Shown piece by piece: positions 9,857 to 19,776 of a stretch of 32,000 nucleotides of DNA. Each line of letters opens with the position of its first letter. Position 1 is the stretch's first letter. The DNA comes from an uncultured Lentisphaeria bacterium. Lineage in GTDB: Bacteria > Verrucomicrobiota > Lentisphaeria > JABSQK01 > JAJFLO01. The notes under the pieces are model-generated. The model ran no database searches and was not told where the DNA came from. It worked only from the letters and a program-made list of their open reading frames with translations. The DNA is taken from contig OX638337.1 of the NCBI GenBank assembly GCA_951812855.1, forward strand, positions 780,001 to 812,000. The letters are read 5' to 3'. The position numbers and the translations under genes were made by a program.

Positions 9857-10663
9857 ATGAAATCAGATTCCCAAAACGCCGCCGGATTCACTTTGCCGGC
9901 AACTAAAATTAGAGAGTTTTATGATATCGGTTATATCGTTATTGAAGACATATTTTCAGATGATGAAATCTCAGAAATCATCGATGCATTGGATCGCCTG
10001 GAAACAGCTGCCTTGTCCCTGGATCAGGGAATGATAATGCATGAGGGATCACAATTTGTCATCGATAGATATAGTGAGGGATCTTCGGTTAAGACCAATA
10101 TAAAACGGGTTGTCTGGTGTGGTGCAGCTGAACCAAAATTATTAGAAATGGGACGAGATCCACGCTTAACAGGCTTAGCCGGCCAAATAATGGAATGTAA
10201 CCAGGTAAATCATATTATTAATCAGGTCCATTTCAAACTCCCGGGAGATAATGTCTTTTTCCCATTTCATCAGGACAGCAGACATCGGGGATATGGTACG
10301 GATAGTTGGAAAGACGCAAATGGCAAAGGAAGTTATGTGCAAATGGTTATGGCCATTGACGAAGTAACTCTGGATAATGGTCCAATGTTATTTATTCCCT
10401 ACAGCTGTAAAAATGGTCACCTTGATCTTCCTTATAATGAGAAAGACGAAACCACTTCCCAATATTTCAACGCCGAAGATGCGGTACCCATTGTAATGAA
10501 TCCTGGAAATATTGCACTGTTTGGTCCTTACACAATCCATGGAAGCAAACCAAACCAATCCGACAAACCTCGTCGGGTATTTATCAACGGATTTGCCTAT
10601 CCCGGTGCTAATTTCATGGATTATCCAGGGCAAGGCAGTGGTGAGCTTATAGACGTCCTTTAA
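9857..10663 (+). CDS. phytanoyl-CoA dioxygenase (PhyH)-family Fe(II)/2-oxoglutarate oxygenase
   Basis: The HxD iron-binding motif is in FPFHQD, a distal His is in TIHGSKPN, and Arg is in KPRRVFINGF. Length and layout are typical of the PhyH family. Confidence 0.85.
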   Translation: MKSDSQNAAGFTLPATKIREFYDIGYIVIEDIFSDDEISEIIDALDRLETAALSLDQGMIMHEGSQFVIDRYSEGSSVKTNIKRVVWCGAAEPKLLEMGRDPRLTGLAGQIMECNQVNHIINQVHFKLPGDNVFFPFHQDSRHRGYGTDSWKDANGKGSYVQMVMAIDEVTLDNGPMLFIPYSCKNGHLDLPYNEKDETTSQYFNAEDAVPIVMNPGNIALFGPYTIHGSKPNQSDKPRRVFINGFAYPGANFMDYPGQGSGELIDVL

Positions 10664-10676
10664 AAATCACTGACAA

Positions 10677-11109
10677 TCACATCACTTCAAGTAGCTCAAC
10701 CTGAAAAATTAAAGTTGCACATGGCGGTACTGTCGGAGGTGAACCATTTTTCCCATATGCAAGATTACAGGGTATATAAAGCTCATATTTTGCATCGGCA
10801 GCCATAAGCTGCAACCCCTCTGTCCACCCTGCAATAACTCCGTCAAGCCGAAATGAAATCGGTTCCCCGCGTTTATAGGAACTGTCGAATACTTCACCAT
10901 TCAGAAATCGAGCTTCATAATGAACATTTACGGTTTATGTAAACTCCGGTCTGTCTCCAGATCCCCGGGTTATGACTTTATACTGAAGCCCACTGGCGGG
11001 TGTTGTCACATCGTCTTTAGCTCCATTTAACTTTAAAAAGTTTTCTCCTTGTTCAATATTCTGACTGTTCACCTTCAAACATATTTTTTATACCAGAAAT
11101 AATTCCCAT
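10677..11109 (-). pseudogene. FKBP-type peptidyl-prolyl isomerase (FklB/FkpA-like) relic
   Basis: The minus-strand frame reads ...NIEQGENFLKLNGAKDDVTTPASGLQYKVITRGSGDRPEFT*TVNVHYEARFLNGEVFDSSYKRGEPISFRLDGVIAGWTEGLQLMAADAKYELYIPCNLAYGKNGSPPTVPPCATLIFQVELLEVM*. An in-frame TAA lies at 10935-10937 inside the PPIase domain. A second stop lies at 11088-11090. The only upstream ATG (11107-11109) is in another frame, so the N-terminal domain is missing. Confidence 0.8.
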
Positions 11110-11196
11110 AATGATTCCTTTAAGTTTAATCGATTTTATCGGTTACTGTCCGGCTGCGACGAAAACAGTTGTCAACGTCTTAAAAAATTATCGAAT

Positions 11197-11535
11197 TCAA
11201 CATAAACATGGGCAAACTGAATGCATAAATGAAACTAAAATTGCACGTTTTTTTTGATCTGATGCATAACTGATCTTCCAATGCATATCGTATTGTTTTG
11301 CCACAGTTTCAGAAAAGATTTTTTCTATAATACTGATTGGGAAATATCCACGTTGGGTGTTTGGAACTCCAGTCGCATAAAAAAATATACCGCCTTCAGG
11401 ATCAGGGGAATGCTGATCCAGACAGGTAATATTTGTGTCATGATTATATAGGAAATTCGATACGGAAGCAACAATGCCGGGATCAGAACATTTTATCAAT
11501 AATCGGGCAATTGTCTCTGAAGACACGTTTATCAC
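11197..11535 (-). pseudogene. purU: formyltetrahydrofolate deformylase (PurU) N-terminal ACT-domain fragment
   Basis: ARLLIKCSDPGIVASVSNFLYNHDTNITCLDQH...GIFF and KKRAILVS match the PurU ACT domain and the start of the formyltransferase domain. The ORF stops after 112 aa, where about 280 aa are expected. Only ~90 nt separate it from the FKBP relic. Confidence 0.65.
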
Positions 11536-11542
11536 TTTCTGA

Positions 11543-12082
11543 TTAACGAATCAAACTAAGAAATTCGTTTCTGGTTGGGCTGTGTTTCCTAAAACCACCA
11601 AGCATACAGGACGTTGTCATGACTGAATTTTGTTTTTCAACACCTCTCATCATCATGCATAAGTGTTTCGCTTCGATAACGACGGCAACACCTTTGGCGT
11701 GAATCGAGGTCATTATTGTTTCCGCGATTTGCTTTGTCAGTGTTTCTTGAATCTGTAATCTTCGTGCGAACAGGTCAACTAAGCGTGCAATTTTTGAAAG
11801 TCCAATAACTTTACCTTTTGGCAGGTAGGCGATGTGACATTTCCCAATGAAGGGTAATAAATGGTGCTCACAAAGTGAATACAGCTCGATATTTTTTACA
11901 ACGACCATTTCGTCAGTATCAGTACTGAAAATTGCATTATTGATAACCTCATCAACGTTTTCCTTGTATCCCCTGGTTAAAAAATTAAATGCGTCGGCAG
12001 CACGTCGAGGAGTATCTCGAAGGCCTTCCCGGTTGATATCTTCACCTATTTCTGTGATGATTTTCTTAAATGCTTCCTGCAT
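11543..12082 (-). CDS. folE: GTP cyclohydrolase I
   Basis: [18 protein letters not shown] and the QERLT-like motif ([10 protein letters not shown]) are FolE signatures. The protein is 179 aa. Confidence 0.93.
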   Translation of the reverse strand: MQEAFKKIITEIGEDINREGLRDTPRRAADAFNFLTRGYKENVDEVINNAIFSTDTDEMVVVKNIELYSLCEHHLLPFIGKCHIAYLPKGKVIGLSKIARLVDLFARRLQIQETLTKQIAETIMTSIHAKGVAVVIEAKHLCMMMRGVEKQNSVMTTSCMLGGFRKHSPTRNEFLSLIR

Positions 12083-12380
12083 ATCATTTTCCTTTCAGGT
12101 AAAATTATAATCTAATTGATTTCATTCCCATTTCTTTAGGATGAGTGGACTCTGATTTGTTTTTTTGCGACTAAAAGACAATACGCTAAAGGGCAGTCTC
12201 AGAAATACAATTATAGAAAAACGGTTTAGGTACTATATGAAAGAAGAACTCGAAAATAAAAACTTCTTGTTTACTAAAAATGACCCCGACTTTTTAGTCA
12301 CCTATAATGCAGTTTGAAAATGAAATCATCAGTAGAGTGCGGCGGGATATATCTGATAAAAATTAAAAAGTCTCAACTAT

Positions 12381-14501
12381 TTAAACAGGTACGAAATCAA
12401 GGAATCGTTTTTCAGGAACGACCTTTGCAACAATCACATTTAAAGAACATCCTATTTTCAATACAAAACCGGAACGTCTGCCTTTAAATTGCCTTTTTTT
12501 CGGATTAAAATCATAGTAATCATCTTTTAACATTGATACGTGAATCATTCCGAATGCGTTTACCGAAGGAATATCTAAAAACACACCGAAATTTTTTACA
12601 TCGATAATAATTGCTTTGTATGTTTTCAGGTTTCCCGACGTTAACTGATCCTGGAAAAAATTCATGATTTTTAAATCATTTAAATCACGCTCTGCATCGC
12701 TTGCATTACCCTCTCGTTCAGAACTGTGTTCTGCTAATTCGCCAAGTTTGTCTTTTGAGTAAACTTTTTTCTTATTATTCAGAACAGCTTTGAGAATCCT
12801 ATGTATTATTAAATCAGGATATCGGCGAATTGGTGAGGTGAAATGGGTATAGTCTAATTTGCCCAGCCCGTAATGGCCAAGCTGTTTTGCTGAATACTGT
12901 GCCCGTTTCATTGATCGAAGTACTGAAATATTCCAGGCGTGTGCCTGAGGCATTTTGGCAATTGATGACAATAATTCACACATATTGTTTTTATATGTTA
13001 AATCACCGACATTTATTCCTGCGATTAAGAAATTTTCTTCTAATTCGGCCAATTTCTCTGAATCCGGTTCTTCATGAATACGATATAAGTGAGGGATATT
13101 TTTCAAGGACAAAAATTTGCAAACCTGCTCATTCGCCAGCAGCATACATTCTTCGATTAACTGGTGAGATTCATTATGGATCACAGGATTTACATCAATG
13201 ATTCGTCCATCACGACCAATTTGGAATCGAACTTCGGGAATGTCCATATTCAGGCTGCCTCCTTCAAATCGACTCTTCCGTATTTTCTGAGTGATTTTGT
13301 GAAGGATTTTAATCTTTTGGACGAGTTCATTTGAATAATGTGGTTTAGATGACGATTTTTTCGGATTCCTCGAAATTATTTCTTGAGCCTGCTCATAGGT
13401 TAATCTAATTTTACTTCGAATGATTGCTTCATGGAAAGTTACATTTTGGACTTCGCCATGACTGTCTAATTCGATAAATACGGAAAATGTGAATCGATCC
13501 TTCTTTTCCTGCAGACTGCATACACCGTTTGATAATTGTTCAGGGAGCATGGGAATGACTTTATCTGGAAAATAAATACTTGTACTTCTTTGAAAGGCCT
13601 CTTTATCAAGAGCAGAATCTGGTTTGACAAAATGGCTGACATCTGCAATGTGAACTCCGAGTTGATACCTGCCATGAGATAATTTATTAATAGAAATTGC
13701 GTCATCAAAATCTCTTGCGGTTTCGGGATCGATTGTAAAAATAAATTCTTTACGTAAATCCAATCGCTTACTTTTTGAGGAATATACAATATTTGCTGAA
13801 CGTGCTTCATCCAGTACACGATTTGGAAATTCATGGGGAAGATTGTAATCTTTGATTATTGTTAACGTATCTAATGCAGGATTATCTGCAGGCCCAATCG
13901 TTTCAATAATTTCACCAATTGGATTTATCCGAACATCATCCCACGTAACAATCTTTACAAGGACCCGGTTGCCATCTTTAATATTATGACAGTTCTCTAC
14001 AAGTATATCATGACCGATGCCTGAACGAAGAGGCTCAACATAACGAATCTTTCTCAATGTTTTTAATGTTCCCACAACGGTCCGGGTTTTTCGATCCAAA
14101 ACACGAATAATTTTTCCTTCGGGGGTTTTGCTTTGTACCGGTTTTGTCGCAGTGCGATTTATTCGGACTAAAACTTTATCATTGGGCAGGGCTGTAAACG
14201 TGTCATATTTCGGAATAAACACTTCACGATTTCGTTTACGATCGTTTACAAAAGCCGCACCCGAGCGTATAAAACTTACACTTCCAATTAACAGATCTGT
14301 ATTATCATTGAGGATGAATCCTTTATGTCTGAGCTTAATAATTACTCCTTCATTGAGTAGAGAACTTAGTTCTTTTAAAAAATGTTTTGATTTTCCTTTA
14401 GGTAAATTTATTGCATCCATTAATCCCTGAGCATCCATGGGCTTGTAATTTTGCAAAGTCATTAAATTTATTATTTTGTTTATGTATGGTTTATTTTTCA
14501 T
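12381..14501 (-). CDS. rnr: ribonuclease R
   Basis: There is an RNB-domain motif (TIDPETARDFDDAIS), cold-shock-like N-terminal domains and a C-terminal S1 domain (GVFLDIPSVNAFGMIHVS). The ORF extends to a TTG at 14576, but I prefer the ATG at 14501 (MKNKPYINKI...). Confidence 0.92.
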   Translation of the reverse strand: MKNKPYINKIINLMTLQNYKPMDAQGLMDAINLPKGKSKHFLKELSSLLNEGVIIKLRHKGFILNDNTDLLIGSVSFIRSGAAFVNDRKRNREVFIPKYDTFTALPNDKVLVRINRTATKPVQSKTPEGKIIRVLDRKTRTVVGTLKTLRKIRYVEPLRSGIGHDILVENCHNIKDGNRVLVKIVTWDDVRINPIGEIIETIGPADNPALDTLTIIKDYNLPHEFPNRVLDEARSANIVYSSKSKRLDLRKEFIFTIDPETARDFDDAISINKLSHGRYQLGVHIADVSHFVKPDSALDKEAFQRSTSIYFPDKVIPMLPEQLSNGVCSLQEKKDRFTFSVFIELDSHGEVQNVTFHEAIIRSKIRLTYEQAQEIISRNPKKSSSKPHYSNELVQKIKILHKITQKIRKSRFEGGSLNMDIPEVRFQIGRDGRIIDVNPVIHNESHQLIEECMLLANEQVCKFLSLKNIPHLYRIHEEPDSEKLAELEENFLIAGINVGDLTYKNNMCELLSSIAKMPQAHAWNISVLRSMKRAQYSAKQLGHYGLGKLDYTHFTSPIRRYPDLIIHRILKAVLNNKKKVYSKDKLGELAEHSSEREGNASDAERDLNDLKIMNFFQDQLTSGNLKTYKAIIIDVKNFGVFLDIPSVNAFGMIHVSMLKDDYYDFNPKKRQFKGRRSGFVLKIGCSLNVIVAKVVPEKRFLDFVPV

Positions 14502-14654
14502 TATAATTTTTTTGGTTTCCAATCTAAGTCTGAGGTAATTGATTCTGAAATCTGATAAAAGAGAAAGGTATGGCAATGACAGTGGAGGGATTTTTTGTGT
14601 CGTGAAAATAAAAAATCACCGGGGATCATGCGTATTACCGGTCTAATACAAATC

Positions 14655-15058
14655 TTACTTTTCCTCCCGATTATTTTCGTGTAAACGGTTTATTAATGAA
14701 TCCCGGTAATGTGGGACATAAGATAATCTGTTAATATCAGATCAAACTCTTGAGACAATTTTTTTATCACGTCACTAACATTGTCACCTGCTGGATATAA
14801 GTATATGTCATATCCTCCTAAAGAAATCAGCATTGTTTACCGCTTTTGTTATGAAAAATGGATCAAAAATTTTATCGATCACCGCTTTATCAATTCCTTC
14901 ACCAGTGTCTGATACGGTTAATTTTATATAATTTCCCTGATCAATTGAAGGATTTTTTTGAAAAAATCCTGACGTTCATTTAAAACTGAGAGTTCCAGGG
15001 TGAGTATTCCTCCTGTCGTCTCCATTGCATATCGAGCATTTTTACAGACCCCGTAGAT
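14655..15058 (-). pseudogene. hybrid histidine kinase / receiver-domain relic (multiple frameshifts, truncated)
   Basis: Minus-strand pieces lie in three different frames. They are IYGVCKNARYAMETTGGILTLELS (N-box), QGNYIKLTVSDTGEGIDKAVIDKIFDPFFITK (G1 box and F-box, with no G2 GxGLGL following), GGYDIYLYPAGDNVSDVIKKLSQEFDLILTDYLMSHITG and SLINRLHENNREEK* (receiver domain). One frame shift falls in the T7/A6 run at 14953-14966. HisKA and the sensor parts are absent. Confidence 0.7.
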
Positions 15059-15064
15059 GGGATT

Positions 15065-15283
15065 GTGAGTAAACGTCAGGAAACTTTGCAGGGATCTATA
15101 TTAGACAATCAGGACAGAATTGATTTGATCGATACACGGTTAGCTGATCGAGAAGTAGAATTAGTTGAACAATTTTCAAGAATGGAGGATGCAATGGCTC
15201 AAATTAATTCAGTATCATCGCAGGTTCCTGGATTCATCCATTGGAGGTTAATAAGAATCTATTGGCGGACACGAGCAGATTAA
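15065..15283 (+). pseudogene. fliD: flagellar filament cap protein FliD, C-terminal fragment only
   Basis: RQETLQGSILDNQDRIDLIDTRLADREVELVEQFSRMEDAMAQINSVSSQV matches the conserved FliD C-terminal coiled-coil pattern (R-L...QF-x-AME-x-M-x-x-xNS). No upstream FliD sequence is present. Its 3' end is overlapped by the 3' end of gcvP. Confidence 0.6.
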
Positions 15284-18103
15284 ATGCCGGTCACCATGAA
15301 CACCATCAATTCGGTTAACCGACGGCCAAAATTTATTTTCACGTGTCCATTCGGAAGGGAAGACTGCTTTCTTCTTTGAATAAGGTCTGTTCCATTTTTC
15401 ATCCGTAATATCCATTGCAGTATGAGGTGCATTTTTAAGAACATTATTAGTTTTATCAGTATTGCCGTTTTCAATTTCTGCAATCTCCGTTCTTATAGAA
15501 ATCATTGCATCACAAAAACGATCAAGTTCTTTTTTTGATTCGCTTTCAGTTGGCTCAACCATCAGCGTCCCGGGCACTGGGAATGAAACCGTTGGAGCAT
15601 GAAACCCATAGTCCATTAAGCGCTTTGCTACATCTTCTACATCTATGCCTGTTTGTGCCTTTATCAACCGTAAATCAATAATGCATTCATGAGCGACCAA
15701 CCCCTTATTTCCTTTATAAAGAACAGGGAAATAAGGGTCCAGTTTTTTAGCAATATAATTCGCGTTGAGAATTGCCACCAGGGTTGCTTTTCTCAGTCCA
15801 GAAGCTCCCATCATTCTAATATAAACCCACGAAACAGGTAAAATGCCCGCACTGCCCCAGGGAGCTGCTGCAACAGGACCAATACCATCAGACTTACCGT
15901 AGTCTGTAAAAAAAGGATGTGACGGTAAGAAGGCAGAAAGATGTGATTTTACGCCAATGGGCCCAATCCCCGGTCCACCGCCGCCATGCGGGATACAAAA
16001 TGTTTTGTGAAGATTAATATGGCAAAGGTCCGGACCGAATTTTCCGGGTTTACATAACCCGATTTGAGCATTCAGGTTTGCACCATCCATATAAACCTGT
16101 CCACCATTTTCATGGACAATTCTACAAATTTCCTTAATTCCTGACTCAAAGACTCCGTGGGTCGATGGATAAGTAATCATTAACGCTGCCAGATTTGATT
16201 TGTGCTCAGTTGCTTTTCGTGTTAAATCGTCAATTGAGACATTTCCGCTGTCATCGCAGTCAACAACAACCACCTTGAAACCAGCCATAATTGCACTTGC
16301 CGGATTTGTTCCATGAGCTGATTTCGGGATCAAACAAATATTCCGATGATGTTCTCCTGATTTCTTAAAGTACTTTCGGATAACTAACAGTCCCGCATAC
16401 TCACCTTGAGATCCTGCATTAGGTTGTAAAGAAATCTTGTCAAATCCAGTTAATTCAGCGAGCATTGATTCCAGTTCTGATATCAATATTTTATATCCTT
16501 CTGACTGAATTGAATCCGCATAAGGATGGATATTTGAAAATGTTTCCCATGTTACAGGCACCATTTCGGTTGTTGCATTCAGCTTCATTGTACACGACCC
16601 TAAAGGAATCATTGCTGTACAAAGGGACAAGTCTCTGCCCTCCAAACGCCGAATATACCTCAACATCTCCGTTTCAGAACGATAATTATGAAATACCGGA
16701 TGCAATAAATAGTCTGATTTACGAATTAAGCTGTCCGGTATGTCCAATTCAGCATCATTCACATTATTGGCAATATCATCACTGCAAAAATGTTCACCCG
16801 ATAACACATATATTAAACGTTTTATATCGTGTTCGCTGGTCACTTCATCAAATGAAATTGATAATATCTGATTATTGAGAACCCTGAGATTTATTTTCTC
16901 TGATTTTGCCTTTAACAGAATCTCATCTTTACCGGCTTCGTCAATTTTTATCCATAATGTATCAAAGATAAATCCAGGGTTTACATCAAATTTAAGCTTA
17001 ACTAAACAGTCCCTTAACACCCTGAGTTTTTTGCAAATTGCTGCAGCGATATTTTTTAATCCCCCGGGTCCGTGATATACAGCATACATGCCTGCCATAA
17101 TCGCCAGTAATACCTGTGCGGTACAGATATTACTTGTTGCTTTATCTCGGCGGATATGCTGTTCGCGGGTTTGTATTGCTAAACGAGCCGCAGGTTTACC
17201 TGAAGCATCCTTTGAAAGCCCAACAATACGACCCGGAATTTTTCGTTTATACTGGTCTCGGGTTGCTAAAAAAGCAGCATGCGGGCCGCCAAACCCCATC
17301 GGCACACCAAATCTTTGGCTGCTGCCCACAGCAATGTCTGCACCCATCTCACCTGGACTTTTTACCAAGGTTAATGAAAGTAAGTCAACTGCAATAATAA
17401 CCAGTATATTCTTTTTCTGAAGTTCATTAATCAATTCTGTGTAATCTGCTATTGATCCATCTGTTCCGGGATTTTGCAGCAAAACTGCAAATGCAGAAGA
17501 CAGAGAACTCAATGTATCTGAATTTCCAACAATAACTTCAATGCCGAGGGGTTCGGAACGTGTCTTGACAACTTCGATTGTTTGTGGATGACAGTTCTCA
17601 GATACAAAAAAAGGTAAACCAGTATCCTTCTTTTTAAGTGCAAAACATATCGCCATTGCTTCAGCTGCAGCGGTAGCCTCATCCAATAAAGATGCGTTTG
17701 AAACTTCAAGCCCTGTTAAATCAGAAATCATTGTCTGAAAATTTAACAATGCTTCCAGTCTGCCCTGAGAAATTTCAGGCTGATACGGTGTGTATTGAGT
17801 ATACCATCCTGGATTTTCCAGGATATTTCGTTGAATCACAGCAGGAGTGATACAACCGTGATATCCCATACCTATGAAATTACTGAAAACCTCATTTTTA
17901 CCCGCAATATCTTTCAGCTCCTTCAAAATGGCGAATTCACTTACTGGATCACAAATATCCAATTTACTATCATCATAGATATCTGAGGGAACAACGGTTT
18001 TTCCAAGTTCATCTAATGTTGAATACTTAAGAAATGAAACCATCTCCTTAATGTCATCATCTTGGGGTCCGATATGTCTGTTTACAAAAGAATTATTCGT
18101 CAT
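15248..18103 (-). CDS. gcvP: glycine dehydrogenase (decarboxylating), single-chain P-protein
   Basis: The ~950-aa protein has NRHIGP at the N-terminus, the PLP-Lys region [16 protein letters not shown] and the C-terminal CSCPP motif. I prefer the ATG at 18103 over the TTG at 18124. Confidence 0.95.
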   Translation of the reverse strand: MTNNSFVNRHIGPQDDDIKEMVSFLKYSTLDELGKTVVPSDIYDDSKLDICDPVSEFAILKELKDIAGKNEVFSNFIGMGYHGCITPAVIQRNILENPGWYTQYTPYQPEISQGRLEALLNFQTMISDLTGLEVSNASLLDEATAAAEAMAICFALKKKDTGLPFFVSENCHPQTIEVVKTRSEPLGIEVIVGNSDTLSSLSSAFAVLLQNPGTDGSIADYTELINELQKKNILVIIAVDLLSLTLVKSPGEMGADIAVGSSQRFGVPMGFGGPHAAFLATRDQYKRKIPGRIVGLSKDASGKPAARLAIQTREQHIRRDKATSNICTAQVLLAIMAGMYAVYHGPGGLKNIAAAICKKLRVLRDCLVKLKFDVNPGFIFDTLWIKIDEAGKDEILLKAKSEKINLRVLNNQILSISFDEVTSEHDIKRLIYVLSGEHFCSDDIANNVNDAELDIPDSLIRKSDYLLHPVFHNYRSETEMLRYIRRLEGRDLSLCTAMIPLGSCTMKLNATTEMVPVTWETFSNIHPYADSIQSEGYKILISELESMLAELTGFDKISLQPNAGSQGEYAGLLVIRKYFKKSGEHHRNICLIPKSAHGTNPASAIMAGFKVVVVDCDDSGNVSIDDLTRKATEHKSNLAALMITYPSTHGVFESGIKEICRIVHENGGQVYMDGANLNAQIGLCKPGKFGPDLCHINLHKTFCIPHGGGGPGIGPIGVKSHLSAFLPSHPFFTDYGKSDGIGPVAAAPWGSAGILPVSWVYIRMMGASGLRKATLVAILNANYIAKKLDPYFPVLYKGNKGLVAHECIIDLRLIKAQTGIDVEDVAKRLMDYGFHAPTVSFPVPGTLMVEPTESESKKELDRFCDAMISIRTEIAEIENGNTDKTNNVLKNAPHTAMDITDEKWNRPYSKKKAVFPSEWTRENKFWPSVNRIDGVHGDRHLICSCPPIDSY

Positions 18104-18179
18104 TATATATTTTACCAGTAACAATTTTAAAAAATCAGGCCTTCCGGAAAAACCGATTTATGGAGCTGATTCAATAAAC

Positions 18180-19586
18180 TTATACATTCTCTACAAGACC
18201 TTTATGCAGAGCCTTTACTGCATTTTCAAAGTCCTTTTCTTCAATAATAAACTGCATGTTTACCTGCCTCATACATTGATCTAAAGCTAATATATTTATT
18301 TCAGCATGTGAGAGTGCATCTGCAGCTTTTGCTAAAAAACCGGGAAATTTCATGTTAGTTCCTATAGCACAGACGATTGCAACATTAAGTACTCTAATTT
18401 CCGCTGTTGAAAACATGTGTCTAAGTTCGATTAAAAACTCGTTATACCCCTTTACATTCTTCCGGATATAATGGGTGATGGTATTAGCATTAGTGTTTTT
18501 GGCAATATAACTGATATTATACTTTTTGAACACGGCCAAAACGCTATAATCATACCCACTTTGCCCAACCATATCGGGATCACAAATCTCAATCCCCACA
18601 AGATTTTTGCAACCGGTTATCATTTCTACCCTTAAATCAGTACTCTTATAATTATTACTGCTGATTAATGTGCCGGCATGATCCGGTTCGAATGAATTTT
18701 TAATACGAATAGGGATGTGATTCCGCTCCATACTTTTTGATGCTTTGGGATGAATGGCTTCCATCCCAAGATCCGCCAATTGATCTGCAACATCAAAATT
18801 TGTCCGGCCAATAACCTTTACCTTATCCTCGCCGACAATTTTAGGATCACCTGTACTTAGGTGGAATTCTTTATGAATAATGCCTTCTTTTGCTTTACTG
18901 ATTGTTGCAATTTTACTAAACGTGATTTCGGTGTAACCACGGTCGTAAGTTGACATAATACCTTCTTCACATTTTGTGTAACCTGTAACAATCGGTAATG
19001 TCGCTGCAACATCCAAATCCTCAAATTCAGATTTAATTTTGTCATCAAATGATAAATTTTGTTCCTCTTTCCAACCGGACAAATCGACAAAGACGGCATT
19101 AATTCCACGATTTTTTAAAATATTTGCCGTATTAAATGCACTGTGTGCTTCACCAACTGCACTCAACATCTCTCTGACCATAGGCATATATTCATGCAAT
19201 TGAAAGTGACCGTATGAACACAACTGTCTAAGATTTAACAAACAATTTCGAACCCCTTCAACACGCTCATCAATATAGGAATCGGCCTTGTCTAATTCTA
19301 AACCTAAACTTTCAAATCCGGAATTGAGTTCTTTCATCTTTTTAGAAACATTAACCAGGGCCTGTTTCCACCCGGAATCATCCCGTTTAAACTCCAGGAA
19401 TACTCCCGGCTCACCCGTTTTTTTATTCTCCAGCAGGAGGTTGGTTATTCCACCATAAGCAGAAACAACAAAGATTCGATTATACATTTCAGAACCGTTT
19501 CGATCACCCAAAATAATATTTGACAAAACAGTACCGAACTCGGTCATCGATGTTCCGCCAATTTTCTCAACAGTATGGACACCCAT
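18180..19586 (-). CDS. lysC: aspartate kinase (monofunctional)
   Basis: VEKIGGTSM and VVSAYGGITN are kinase motifs, and the C-terminal region is ACT-like. The ATG at 19586 has an AGAGGAA RBS. The ORF-track extension to the TTG at 19652 is probably not translated. Confidence 0.88.
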   Translation of the reverse strand: MGVHTVEKIGGTSMTEFGTVLSNIILGDRNGSEMYNRIFVVSAYGGITNLLLENKKTGEPGVFLEFKRDDSGWKQALVNVSKKMKELNSGFESLGLELDKADSYIDERVEGVRNCLLNLRQLCSYGHFQLHEYMPMVREMLSAVGEAHSAFNTANILKNRGINAVFVDLSGWKEEQNLSFDDKIKSEFEDLDVAATLPIVTGYTKCEEGIMSTYDRGYTEITFSKIATISKAKEGIIHKEFHLSTGDPKIVGEDKVKVIGRTNFDVADQLADLGMEAIHPKASKSMERNHIPIRIKNSFEPDHAGTLISSNNYKSTDLRVEMITGCKNLVGIEICDPDMVGQSGYDYSVLAVFKKYNISYIAKNTNANTITHYIRKNVKGYNEFLIELRHMFSTAEIRVLNVAIVCAIGTNMKFPGFLAKAADALSHAEINILALDQCMRQVNMQFIIEEKDFENAVKALHKGLVENV

Positions 19587-19776
19587 AAAAAATTCCTCTG
19601 ACAAAATTAATAAACAAAAAAATACTATAGAATAGCCCAGAAGAACATTCAATCGAATCGATTTTCTGACTCACTAATGCAATTTATTTCAGGATACTCA
19701 ATTTTCGATTATTGAATTGTACTTTCAAATTAAATAAGATACGTTCTGATTCGACATTCAATCTGCAAAAAACTAT

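Noticed and set aside
10935-10937. The in-frame TAA in the FKBP gene as evidence of stop-codon reassignment.
   Set aside because: Most intact genes in the window terminate at TAA at the position expected from homologues (for example metF, acnA and trmH). The FKBP gene also lacks a start and has a second upstream stop, so simple pseudogenisation explains it.
18104-18179. Expected leader riboswitches: a glycine riboswitch upstream of gcvP, SAM upstream of metF (4156-4388) and lysine upstream of aspartate kinase (19587-19776).
   Set aside because: The gcvP leader is only ~76 nt and is mostly the aspartate kinase terminator hairpin. The metF and aspartate kinase leaders are AT-rich and lack the conserved GC-rich cores of the SAM-I or L-box elements.
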